Below are positions 11,125-20,264 of a stretch of DNA of 64,000 nt, one piece after another. This DNA comes from Deltaproteobacteria bacterium (GTDB lineage: Bacteria > Desulfobacterota > Desulfobacteria > Desulfobacterales > Desulfobacteraceae): contig JAADHV010000074.1 of the NCBI GenBank assembly GCA_013151635.1, forward strand, positions 36,959 to 100,958. The letters run 5' to 3'. Under the pieces are notes generated by a model. The model ran no database searches, was not told the origin of the DNA, and worked only from the letters and a program-made list of their open reading frames with translations. Numbering within the stretch: the stretch's first letter is position 1; each line of letters opens with the position of its first letter. Both the position numbers and the translations under genes were made by a program.

Positions 11125-11323
11125 CTTTCCCCCTAAAAGCAAATGATTTCTATTTGTGTGAAGAATAATATCTTCTAAAACGATTTAGTTAAAATGTCAA
11201 TGGGGTGTAAAACGTATTTATTTTAATAAAATTCATATATTGAATATGTCTGAAATCGGAAGGGACGCCGGCATCTCTGCCACCACAGCCAGACAGTGAA
11301 TCGCTGAGAGCAATCGCAGATAT

Positions 11324-13054
11324 TCAGTACTTACTATATTTGGTTGACACATATTTTGCAGGTTTTGATGTTGGAAATTTTTTTTTCAGCAGCATTGTGT
11401 ACTTTTTTATATTATCCTCGTCGTTCAAACTATCAAATATTTGAATAAGCTTTAAAAGGTCTTCAGGGTTTGGGCTTTTCTCATATGCAAGATTGTAACA
11501 TTTGATCTCAAGGCTTGTATACTTACTTTCGGCAAGATGTTTAACTTTAATTATCCGCCTTAATATTCCTGCTGCCTTATAACAATTCTGCCTTTCAGGA
11601 TTGATTTCAATAGCTTCCCTGATTAAGTCATATGCCTTATTATAATTAAAATTATTTGTTTCCTCCCGTGCAAGTATTAAAAGAGAAAAGTCCCTCCATT
11701 CGCTGTCCTTTGAATGCTCCACAGCCCTTTTAAAATATGGCAGCCCTTTTTTGCCACCAAGGACAGATCCGTATTTATATAATACTTTGCCATTGGTCGG
11801 ATTTTTTTTTAAAGTATCTGCCCAAAGGCTTTTCCTGTCCCGCCAGATATTGACTCTCTGGATCGAAGCAAAACAAAAAAATATCAATATTAAAAAAGCA
11901 ATTGTTTTAATTACCCTCACCTTTTCCGGAAACCTTAAACAATTTTTATAAAATAAATCCCCGGAAAACAGGCATATTAATGGAACCGATAGATAAAGAT
12001 ATCTCTCTGCAAACCTTGTCCATGCGACATCGGCAAGCGCGACGGGCAAAGCTGGCAAAAAAGAGATACACATCAATAATATCCAGAATGGATAATAAAA
12101 CTTTTTTTTTATGACGAGCACAGTACAAACAAGCACGATAAAAACAAAAACTACTGAATATAAAGGTAAATTTATCTGGGATATTGCAAAGTTCAATGGG
12201 AAAGGATAAATAAGTTTTTTCAAATAAAATGCGATCGCGGCTGGTAAAGTAAAAAAACCTGAAATCATCTGTGAACTTAGAGAGACTCCTTCCTTAAGGT
12301 GCAGTCCCTGGACAGGAACAGGATTAATCTGCTCCTGGAACTGAACTAAACCAAAACCTGCAAATCTTAAATACAGATATGCGAATAGAGGAACAGCAAG
12401 GATGCCGGCCCATGACAGAGATCTAACGGCTGAATATTTAACTCCCTTGCCTGGATAATTAAAAGCAAATTCACATAAAATAATTATTAGAAATAAACAA
12501 ATGGCATTTTCTTTGGCAAGGAGTCCTGAAAGAAAAAATATAGACACAAATACTGATTTGAATTTTAATCCGGAAAGATAAAAGAAAAATGCGATCAAAG
12601 AAAAAAAGGCAGAAAGAATATCCGTCCTTCCTGATATCCAGGCAACCGATTCAATTGTTAACGGGTTTAATACAAAACCGATTGCCAGAAAAAAAGAAAC
12701 CATTCTAAACCGGGGTTTGCCTTTAAAAAACGCAAGCGCAATAAAATAAAAGACAAGGGCATTAAGCAGATGAAAAATAATATTTGTCAGATGATACCCG
12801 GAAAATTCATACATCCATATCTTGCTGTCAACAATAAACGAAAGCATCAATAACGGACGGTAATATATTCCTAAACCATGTGGCCGGAATAAGTCCTTAA
12901 CCGGATAATGGTTATCAGGATTATTCAAATTCAGGATCATTGTTGTATCATCAAGATCAATTACATTTGAATTTAAGGTCGGATAAAAAACGGTCAGTGA
13001 TATCCCGATAATCAAAAGAACGGCAATATATTGCTTTTCAAAAAGGCTAATCAA
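11324..13054 (-). CDS. GT-C-fold membrane glycosyltransferase (PMT_2/TMTC-like) with C-terminal TPR repeats
   Basis: About 11 predicted TM segments. An acidic first-loop motif (VIDLDDTTMILNLNN), then YYRPLLMLSF, HLTNIIFHLLNALV and ESVAWISGRTD. The C-terminal ~170 aa are TPR-like. TTG start. Confidence 0.7.
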   Translation of the reverse strand: MISLFEKQYIAVLLIIGISLTVFYPTLNSNVIDLDDTTMILNLNNPDNHYPVKDLFRPHGLGIYYRPLLMLSFIVDSKIWMYEFSGYHLTNIIFHLLNALVFYFIALAFFKGKPRFRMVSFFLAIGFVLNPLTIESVAWISGRTDILSAFFSLIAFFFYLSGLKFKSVFVSIFFLSGLLAKENAICLFLIIILCEFAFNYPGKGVKYSAVRSLSWAGILAVPLFAYLYLRFAGFGLVQFQEQINPVPVQGLHLKEGVSLSSQMISGFFTLPAAIAFYLKKLIYPFPLNFAISQINLPLYSVVFVFIVLVCTVLVIKKKFYYPFWILLMCISFLPALPVALADVAWTRFAERYLYLSVPLICLFSGDLFYKNCLRFPEKVRVIKTIAFLILIFFCFASIQRVNIWRDRKSLWADTLKKNPTNGKVLYKYGSVLGGKKGLPYFKRAVEHSKDSEWRDFSLLILAREETNNFNYNKAYDLIREAIEINPERQNCYKAAGILRRIIKVKHLAESKYTSLEIKCYNLAYEKSPNPEDLLKLIQIFDSLNDEDNIKKYTMLLKKKFPTSKPAKYVSTKYSKY

Positions 13055-13093
13055 ATAATAAAATCCGTTAAATAGTGAAGGGGCATTTACTTG

Positions 13094-13948
13094 TTATTTC
13101 TTTTTTCTTTTCATAACCATATCGCTTGTTGTATATACACGGCCATTTTGCATAATGATAAACTTACCACCATATGGATCATCAGGAATTTTATCAATCA
13201 AACCATTTTTGACAAGTTCTTTCAAAGAAACAGGATATATATCAAATAACTTATGGTATTCGGAAACCTTGTTTTCAAGGTTTTCAAGGATTTCAAGTGT
13301 AGTAATCCTTAATTGAAATTCCTTTTTTGCACGCTTATCTGTTGTTTCTTTAAGCATTTCTTCTAAAAAAATTATGCCATCTCTGTGCTGGAATGAATAA
13401 ACCGCAAGTCTTGCTGCAAGATTTGCAAAATAGTAACGGCTTCCAGGGAGCCTTGATGCCTTCATTAAATATTGACTGCCTTTTTTAAAATCCTTTAAAA
13501 AATAAAAATAATTAAACCCAATGTAATAGGGTGGACGATAATCATCCGTTCTGTATTTTCTCGCTTTTTCAAGTAGAGTATTGGCACCTTCAGGATCGTT
13601 ATTGAAAGCAAGGAACATTTGTGCAAAATAATATGCATCCCAGTAATAGGGATCAAGGTCTGTTATGGTATCAAGGGCGGAAAATATGTATTTTGGATAT
13701 TTTGAATTATTTTTTTTCATGTCTTCAACTCTCCCGCCAAGGAAAGTCATGAATTTAAAAAGCAGGAAGTCTGAACAAAGACCCTCAAATTCAAGAGAGA
13801 GAGGCTTTATAAATTGTGATGGAAGAGCGGAGTCGATGAAATTATATTTCAGAAACAACTCTCGTTCATGTTTTAAATTTGGGAAAGAGACATTTAAATA
13901 AAAAAAGAGGATTAAAAACAGGCTTATAATCTTTACAGCCTTTGCCAT
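13094..13948 (-). CDS. Exported TPR-like protein, function unknown
   Basis: N-terminal signal/anchor, Tyr-rich helical repeats, and a C-terminal DDPYGGKFIIMQNGRVY motif. Its start overlaps the permease stop (TAATG). Confidence 0.6.
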   Translation of the reverse strand: MAKAVKIISLFLILFFYLNVSFPNLKHERELFLKYNFIDSALPSQFIKPLSLEFEGLCSDFLLFKFMTFLGGRVEDMKKNNSKYPKYIFSALDTITDLDPYYWDAYYFAQMFLAFNNDPEGANTLLEKARKYRTDDYRPPYYIGFNYFYFLKDFKKGSQYLMKASRLPGSRYYFANLAARLAVYSFQHRDGIIFLEEMLKETTDKRAKKEFQLRITTLEILENLENKVSEYHKLFDIYPVSLKELVKNGLIDKIPDDPYGGKFIIMQNGRVYTTSDMVMKRKKK

Positions 13949-14760
13949 TAATTAATCTCCCGTTTATTAAAAATCAAAGAAGCAAGAAACAAAAGCAATA
14001 TTGTATAGACAACACTGTAACTTAAAAGAGCTGCAGTGTGACTAAAAGGCATCAGTTTACCATGACTTGCAAGGGTCTTAATGTCAAATGCTGAAAAATT
14101 TGGAAAAACATATTGGGCGATATCGACTATCCATTGATTCATTTCTGACATTTGTTTACCCAAAGTTTCTTTTTTAAAGAACTCCATAACCTCTTCAATG
14201 GTTTGACCGGTAATATAAGTTGCCAATGAGAAAAGAAGGGTTAAAAACGAACTGGATGAAATCGAACTGAAAAAGATCACGACACTGTTCAGTACTGCAA
14301 ACATGAGCATTTCATAAAGATATGCCTGAAAATAACAACTCCAGGAAAAATCTTTAAAATAGATATTTGCATATAGGGATTTAACAAAATACATTATGCC
14401 GGCACTGAAAACCAAGAGGAAAAAAAGCGCCACAAAAACAATCAGCATCAGCCCTAAGTATTTGCCCAGAATATACTGGGTCCTTGAAATGGGCTTTGAC
14501 AGAACACAATAAATTGTTCTCTTGTCAATATCCTTAGCCATTAAATTGATATTAACAAAAAATGTTAACAATAAACCGGCAAAAGCGATAGTGGATAGAT
14601 TCAAATCAACCAGAACCTTTCCTAGTTCATGTCCGAACAGGCCGGTAAACAGAATTGTGGCAAAAAGCATGATCAAGGCAATAATAAAAATACCCGCCAG
14701 GGCACGATCCCGTATGCCTTCCTTAAATGTGAGAACGGCCAGTGCAGTTATTTTATTCAT
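13948..14760 (-). CDS. ABC-2 type transporter permease
   Basis: Six hydrophobic segments with a NosY/ABC-2-like layout. ATG 14760 overlaps the ATPase stop. Confidence 0.8.
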   Translation of the reverse strand: MNKITALAVLTFKEGIRDRALAGIFIIALIMLFATILFTGLFGHELGKVLVDLNLSTIAFAGLLLTFFVNINLMAKDIDKRTIYCVLSKPISRTQYILGKYLGLMLIVFVALFFLLVFSAGIMYFVKSLYANIYFKDFSWSCYFQAYLYEMLMFAVLNSVVIFFSSISSSSFLTLLFSLATYITGQTIEEVMEFFKKETLGKQMSEMNQWIVDIAQYVFPNFSAFDIKTLASHGKLMPFSHTAALLSYSVVYTILLLFLASLIFNKREIN

Positions 14761-15529
14761 AGTCCGCTTCCCTTCCAATGGTATCTAAAAAAATCTTTTC
14801 AAGAATATTGGTTTCTATTCCATCTGCCTTTGCCATTTGAACATCCAACTTTGCCATGAGTTCTTTTCTGGAAAGGATCTTTTTTAAATACCCCTTATCC
14901 ATTATGGCCATGCGATCGCACAGCCGTTCAACATCATTGAGGATATGGGAACAAAAAAGGATGGTTTTCCCCTTGTTCTTCAAATCAAGAACCATGTCCA
15001 CAACCAGTTTCCTGCCTAAAGGATCCAGGCCGGACATGGGCTCATCAAATATTATAAGATCAGGATCGTGAACCAGTGCGAAACAGATCCCGGCCCTCTG
15101 CATCATACCCTTGGAATATGTTCTCAAGCGCCGTTTCCTGGCATGCTCAAGGTTCATGGTTTTTAAAAGTGTGTCAATGCGATGTTTAATATCCTGCTTT
15201 GCCATGCCGGAAGTGGTTGCGCTGAATACCATAAGATCTTCAGCTGATAAATGATCATAATAATAAGGATTTTCAGGGAGGTATCCAATTTGAAGCCTGG
15301 CTTCAGGATCAGAAGGGGATTTCTCACCTATAAAAATAGTTCCGGAATCATGCCTGATAAATCCCATAAGCATTTTCAGCAAAGTACTCTTTCCGGCCCC
15401 GTTAGGGCCAACAATCCCAAGAATTTCCCCTGTTTTTACCGAAAGGTTCAAATCTGCAACAGCGCGAACCTTTTTCCGGGTAAAGCTTGAAATAAATGTT
15501 TTATTCACCTTATTAAAGATAACTTCCAT
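14753..15529 (-). CDS. ABC transporter ATP-binding protein
   Basis: Walker A GPNGAGKST, signature YSKGMMQR, Walker B LIIFDEP. Confidence 0.92.
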   Translation of the reverse strand: MEVIFNKVNKTFISSFTRKKVRAVADLNLSVKTGEILGIVGPNGAGKSTLLKMLMGFIRHDSGTIFIGEKSPSDPEARLQIGYLPENPYYYDHLSAEDLMVFSATTSGMAKQDIKHRIDTLLKTMNLEHARKRRLRTYSKGMMQRAGICFALVHDPDLIIFDEPMSGLDPLGRKLVVDMVLDLKNKGKTILFCSHILNDVERLCDRMAIMDKGYLKKILSRKELMAKLDVQMAKADGIETNILEKIFLDTIGREADYE

Positions 15530-15557
15530 GATCACCCGTTTCTTTCCGGTTCAGAAT

Positions 15558-15600
15558 ATAATAAAATAGGATAAATTACTGACCGGCAGTAATTTATCCT
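15558..15600 (-). terminator. Rho-independent terminator/attenuator downstream of the pilin pair
   Basis: Perfect 14-bp stem (AGGATAAATTACTG / CAGTAATTTATCCT, 15568-15581 and 15587-15600) with a 5-nt loop, followed on the minus strand by ATTTTATTATAT. Confidence 0.75.
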
Positions 15601-15628
15601 AATGATTTATTAAAAAGCTATCAGAAAA

Positions 15629-16060
15629 TTATTGCGATGACCCACCTCTCAATAACCAGCCTGTGGCAGTTTTAAAAGCAACACCGGTAAGATAGCCATC
15701 AACAGTGCCTGTAGAAATTGCAGTACCGTTAGCGGCTCTCTGGTATACACCATTGTCATCTACATCCACAGGATCCATGGAGGCTCTTACGGCCACATAA
15801 ATGGCCACTGCTTTATCCGCTTTTCTACTGGCCGCACAGGCTGCCATGATCTGGCCGGCTGCGCCTGCATACCCACCTGCAGTGGCCGCACCGGAATAAT
15901 TAGCATAACTGTTGGCAGATATTGCAATGCCGCTGACACCAGGGCCCAGGCCGGTAGAATCATCCAGAGTGATGGAACCACTTGATGAACCTGATTGAGC
16001 CGCGTAAAGAGGCGATGCGATTAAGGCTATCAAACATATGGCATAAAAAATCTTTTTCAT
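15629..16060 (-). CDS. Secreted Gly/Ala/Ser-rich protein encoded directly after the short pilin; candidate PilA-C-like partner
   Basis: Sec signal MKKIFYAICLIALIASPLYA|AQ. AGGAG RBS. It lies 56 nt downstream of the pilin stop. No class III prepilin motif. Confidence 0.65.
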   Translation of the reverse strand: MKKIFYAICLIALIASPLYAAQSGSSSGSITLDDSTGLGPGVSGIAISANSYANYSGAATAGGYAGAAGQIMAACAASRKADKAVAIYVAVRASMDPVDVDDNGVYQRAANGTAISTGTVDGYLTGVAFKTATGWLLRGGSSQ

Positions 16061-16116
16061 TTTATAACTCCTATTATTAAGGTTTAAAAGTGTTTTTTTA
16101 AAATCATACTCTTAAA

Positions 16117-16335
16117 TTAAAACGGATAATGATCATATTCTGCATAATACCCGCCTGCCTCATTTTTGATGTTTCTGGCATCGCTGATAGCTTGAGTGTT
16201 AAATGCTCTTGCACGGTACTTGGTAAACTGTGGAATTGCAATCGCTGCCAGAATACCAATGATTGCAATAACGATCATCAGCTCGATCAGGGTGAAACCC
16301 TTCTGGTTCCTTCTTTTTTTTAGCCAATTAAACAT
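16117..16335 (-). CDS. pilA: Truncated type IVa pilin (PilA-N / e-pilin-like), 72-aa precursor and 59-aa mature
   Basis: Class III signal KKRRNQKG|[24 protein letters not shown] with Glu5. The protein ends after the N-terminal helix plus an aromatic-rich tail ([12 protein letters not shown]). Strong GGAGGTGA RBS. Confidence 0.9.
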   Translation of the reverse strand: MFNWLKKRRNQKGFTLIELMIVIAIIGILAAIAIPQFTKYRARAFNTQAISDARNIKNEAGGYYAEYDHYPF

Positions 16336-16408
16336 TCGTCACCTCCATTGTTTATGTTATTTGTTTTTTTGATTTATCTTAAAAATCATCTTTGAAAATT
16401 CTTATTCT

Positions 16409-16423
16409 TCAAGAAGAGTGCCA
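16409..16423 (-). promoter_or_regulatory. Sigma-54 (-24/-12) type promoter upstream of pilA
   Basis: The minus strand reads TGGCAC-TCTTC-TTGA with correct GG/-12 spacing (TTGA instead of TTGC). It lies about 75-88 nt upstream of the ATG. Confidence 0.6.
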
Positions 16424-16684
16424 TTGTCTTTAAAAAAGAAAATATTTCTTAACTTACTGATTTTTAAATATATTTCTACTTAAAAATATTTAATTGAATT
16501 TCCATCGTATAAACCGGCTGTATTTTGTAACAATTTTTGATTTTTTTTTCCAAATTTTGTCAATGCAAACCCTTTTCAGTTCTTCTTGATGGACAGGAAA
16601 ACATTTGCCATATAAAAATCTTGAAAAACACTTTTCATTCGCTTTTATATAATGATAGAGTCAGGTGTTTTTTAAATTAAGATT

Positions 16685-17596
16685 ATGGTCATAATTTTTG
16701 AAAGTTTAGAAACCTGCATGAACCGCAATAAAAAAAGTGTTAAATCAGATTTAAAGCAATTGATTATTTTGCTGCGCCCTTACCAGTGGATTAAAAACCT
16801 TTTATTATTTGCACCCTTATTTTTTTCCGGCAATCTCATTAACCATTCAATTTATATTACCTGCACAGGGGTTTTTGTCTTCAGCCTGGTATCAGGTCTT
16901 GGATATATCTTGAATGACTGGATTGACAAGGATAATGACAGATTTCATCCAAACAAAAAACAACGTCCGTTTTGTACAGGCGATATAACCGGACAAAAAG
17001 CGCTTCTTTTTTCAGGAGCTGTTTTTCTTTTAATCATACTTTGTCTCGCATGGTTTGATTTGCCTGTTAAATTTATTTATTACCTTTGTGCGTATGCATT
17101 GCTCACGGCAAATTACAGCCTCTATTTAAAACAAATTGTCATAGTTGAAATATATATGGTTGCATTGGGATTTGTTTTACGTGTCCTGGCAGGAGGTGCG
17201 GTTTGCAATGTTAAAATTTCACACTGGTTATTTCTGACGGTATTTTTCATTGCCATGATGATTTCCATTGCAAAGCGGGTGAACGAACTAAAGGAGCTTG
17301 GCAGAAAAGAGGCTGTCATGCACAGGAAAAGCCAGGTTGGATATTCATTGAATTATTTAAACAATATGCTTTGGGCCTGCGGCAGCATCACCCTGGTTGT
17401 TTACTCCCTTTACGCTGTCGAGCACGGCGAACTGGTCATGTATTCCGTTATTCCGGCAGCTTATGGAATCTTTCGTTTTATTTATCTTACAGACCTTGGA
17501 AAAGGAAGTGATCCGATAAAAACACTTTTTTCAGACGGGCAGCTCTTACTGACAACATTGATTTTTTTATTATTTTTAGCTTTGGTAATCTATTAG
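16685..17596 (+). CDS. UbiA-family prenyltransferase, decaprenyl-phosphate 5-phosphoribosyltransferase (DPPR synthase)-like
   Basis: YQWIKNLLLFAPLFFSG plus the motif NDWIDKDNDRFHPNKKQRP (NDxxDxxxDRxHPxKxxRP), and about 8 TM segments. An alternative start is ATG 16718. Confidence 0.8.
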   Translation: MVIIFESLETCMNRNKKSVKSDLKQLIILLRPYQWIKNLLLFAPLFFSGNLINHSIYITCTGVFVFSLVSGLGYILNDWIDKDNDRFHPNKKQRPFCTGDITGQKALLFSGAVFLLIILCLAWFDLPVKFIYYLCAYALLTANYSLYLKQIVIVEIYMVALGFVLRVLAGGAVCNVKISHWLFLTVFFIAMMISIAKRVNELKELGRKEAVMHRKSQVGYSLNYLNNMLWACGSITLVVYSLYAVEHGELVMYSVIPAAYGIFRFIYLTDLGKGSDPIKTLFSDGQLLLTTLIFLLFLALVIY

Positions 17597-17672
17597 ATTA
17601 TATGAAACCTTTTGACATCTTAAATTGTTCAAATACATTTAAATTATATTTATTCATTGTTATTTAGAATTC

Positions 17673-18746
17673 ATGATGAACACCATTAAAGCCATAAAAC
17701 AAATTGATCGTATCACCGGTCCTGTTTTATTAAAATTATTTCCCAAAGCATTTAAAGCTGACCTTAAAGCCGGACCGTTAAAAAAAATCCTGGTTATAAG
17801 ACCAGGGGGAATGGGAGATGCCCTGTTACTGCTCCCGATTCTGAAAGAGATCGCCTCCTCATTTCATGTGACAATTGACATCCTATGTGAACCAAGAAAT
17901 AAAAGTGTGTTTAAAAGCGTTATATTTATCAACCGGATATTTTCATACAGGGATCTTAAATCCATGCTGTCTGTCTTTCAAAAAAAATATGATGCAGTTT
18001 TTGACACAGAGCAATCGCACTTTTTGTCCGCAATCATTACAAGGCTTTTGCGGGCAGATATCAAGATCGGCTTTAAAACAAACGGCCGTGAAAAAATGTA
18101 CAGTAAAAGTATAAATTACACCCATCAATGCTATGAAGCAAAGATGTTCTGGAAACTTTTTTCAAGTCTGTATTTGGTTAATAACAATTTTCATTTCAAC
18201 TTTCCTTATTTTAAACAGCATGACCATTATCAGAATCCAAATTTCAAAAGAAAACAAGCTGTCTGTCTTTTCCCGGGTGCAACAATTGATGAACGTTTGT
18301 GGCCTGAGGAAAGATGGGCAAAGGTAATTGACTGGCTTGCAGACCATGGGTGGCATTCCGTCCTTCTGGGCAGCAAAAAAGAAAAAGGACAATGCAAAAA
18401 GATTATTTCCATGTGCAAAACCAATAAAATTATTAACATGTGTTCCAGATTATCCATTCTCCAAACAAGCTGGTTTTTCAAAAGAGCTTCATTATTAATA
18501 ACAACTGATTCAGGAATGCTGCACCTTGGGGTATTGAGCGGATTGCCGACAATTTCTTTGTTTGGCTCCGGGATCAAAGCCAAATGGGCACCAACAGGCA
18601 AACAACATATCACCATATATAAAAACCTTGAATGCAGTCCCTGCACTAAATTTGGCACGACTCCGCCATGCCCTAACAATTACAGATGCATGGTGCAAAT
18701 CACCCCGGAAGAAGTGATTGCCGTTGCTCATGCACACTTATCTTAA
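17673..18746 (+). CDS. Glycosyltransferase family 9 (heptosyltransferase-like)
   Basis: ILVIRPGGMGDALLLLPILKEI, DSGMLHLG, and a C-terminal CSPC...C...CM motif. Confidence 0.85.
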   Translation: MMNTIKAIKQIDRITGPVLLKLFPKAFKADLKAGPLKKILVIRPGGMGDALLLLPILKEIASSFHVTIDILCEPRNKSVFKSVIFINRIFSYRDLKSMLSVFQKKYDAVFDTEQSHFLSAIITRLLRADIKIGFKTNGREKMYSKSINYTHQCYEAKMFWKLFSSLYLVNNNFHFNFPYFKQHDHYQNPNFKRKQAVCLFPGATIDERLWPEERWAKVIDWLADHGWHSVLLGSKKEKGQCKKIISMCKTNKIINMCSRLSILQTSWFFKRASLLITTDSGMLHLGVLSGLPTISLFGSGIKAKWAPTGKQHITIYKNLECSPCTKFGTTPPCPNNYRCMVQITPEEVIAVAHAHLS

Positions 18747-18836
18747 AAATCGATAATCAGGAAACAATCAATATACTGAATTATTATTATAAAGTGCACT
18801 GTTTTTGATTCAAAAGGATTAACCCGTCAGCATACT

Positions 18837-18866
18837 TGACAAAAACTAAATTTCTATTCTAAAGTA
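18837..18866 (+). promoter_or_regulatory. Possible sigma-70 promoter inside the glycan cluster
   Basis: TTGACA-N18-TAAAGT in the 309-nt gap before the GT4 gene. Motif match only. Confidence 0.25.
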
Positions 18867-19055
18867 TCACTATCAAAACTTCAAATAACTGCACGGGCAG
18901 ACTTGGTATTTCACCAGAGTTTGCCCACAACAAAACATGAAAGTCCTGATTTGGATTGCAAAGACTTCCATATAAACAAAGACTGGTGTTATATAATACG
19001 TTAACATGATCCACTCATTTTTATCCACTGACCCGACTAAGCTGCAGGGAGGCAT

Positions 19056-20264
19056 ATGGAGCCACTTGGTATTCTTATCAATTCTTCACCTATGATAGGG
19101 GAAAAGACGGGAATTGGATTTTATGTTTATAATCTATGCAGAGAACTGGAGCAGCATCCGGAAATAGAACTGACTTACTCCCATCGGTCACAAGAAGAGA
19201 GCTCCTTGTCGGGAATCGGTATAGAAGACTTAGATAACCTGCTTAAAAAAATCTCCAAGCCACTGAAAATAAAATTTGGCAACTACTATCCGGCCAGTGT
19301 TGCTGCCACCACTTATAATTTTTTTCTCTATCCGCTGGTTGCCTTGCATCGTCGCCGCATAAAAAAAGAAATCAAAAGCGGTAAATTGCAAATTTATCAT
19401 GAAACACGCCATTCAATTCTACCGGATTTCAAAAAACAGTTAGCCAAAATCCGGCTTGTTGCCGATATACATGACTTGTCCCCCATAACACACCCCCAAT
19501 GGCACCTTAAAGAGCATGTACGTGAAGTGAACCGATCTATCCCTCAATTGCTTGCCGCCGACCACATCATTACAAAGTCAAACTATGTTCGACAGGAAAT
19601 AATTGAACGCTTTAACGTAAATCCAGACAAGATAACTGCCATTCCCAATGCGGCGGGTGGTGCCTACCGACAGTTTTCCGGCACTGAACTTGAACAGGCC
19701 AAATCTCATGTTGCAACTTTCACTGACGGCCGTCCGTTTCTGTTATACGTGGGCACCATAGAACCCCGAAAAAATATTATCACCCTTATTGACGCTTTTT
19801 GCCATCTGAGTGAAACATATGACGGTGATCTGTTGTTGGCCGGCGGCTATGGGTGGCTTTACCAGGACATTCTGGATCATGCTGAACAAACAGGACTTCA
19901 CAATCGGATTCGTTTTCTTGGATATGCCAGGGATGAAACCATACATGCGCTTTTTAATCTCTGTGACCTTTTTGTCTATCCTTCTTGGTATGAAGGGTTT
20001 GGCATGCCAGCGCTTGAGGCCATGAGCTGCGGTGCAGTACCGGTGGTTTCCGATTGTTCATCGCTTCCCGAGGTGGTCCAGGATGGCGGCGCTTTTTTTG
20101 ATCCAAATTCATCAGATGATCTTGCATCAACCATTTTATCTTTGCTTAATGATCAACAACGTTTGATTGCCCTGAAAAAACGGGCTTCTGAAATCAGCAA
20201 ACAATATCAATGGCCGGACATCGCACAGCGTGTAATCAATATTTATAAAAAGGTATGCACATGA
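19056..20264 (+). CDS. Glycosyltransferase family 4 (GT-B, retaining)
   Basis: [9 protein letters not shown] N-domain. C-domain with [12 protein letters not shown] and [23 protein letters not shown]-type motif. Confidence 0.88.
   Translation: [402 protein letters not shown]

Noticed and set aside
11246-11320. A GC-rich ~70-nt island in an AT-rich intergenic region. It contains an 17-codon ORF MSEIGRDAGISATTARQ (11246-11299) that vaguely resembles a transposase HTH
   Set aside because: It is too short for any homology claim. I found no convincing hairpin or terminator, no inverted repeats and no adjacent IS remnants. It could be a scar or a small RNA, but I cannot support either.
16424-16684. 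Repeated AAATATTTCT-like words and a possible sigma-70 promoter for the UbiA-like gene in the pilA/ubiA divergent region
   Set aside because: In DNA this AT-rich such words recur by chance. I could not find a -35/-10 pair with acceptable spacing.
18937-18975. Mini-ORF MKVLIWIAKTSI* that looks like a glycosyltransferase N-terminus, suggesting a frameshifted start for the GT4 gene
   Set aside because: The GT4 ORF starting at 19056 already contains a complete N-terminal G-I-G-F-Y motif region. The mini-ORF is in a different register 80 nt upstream, so the resemblance is likely coincidental.
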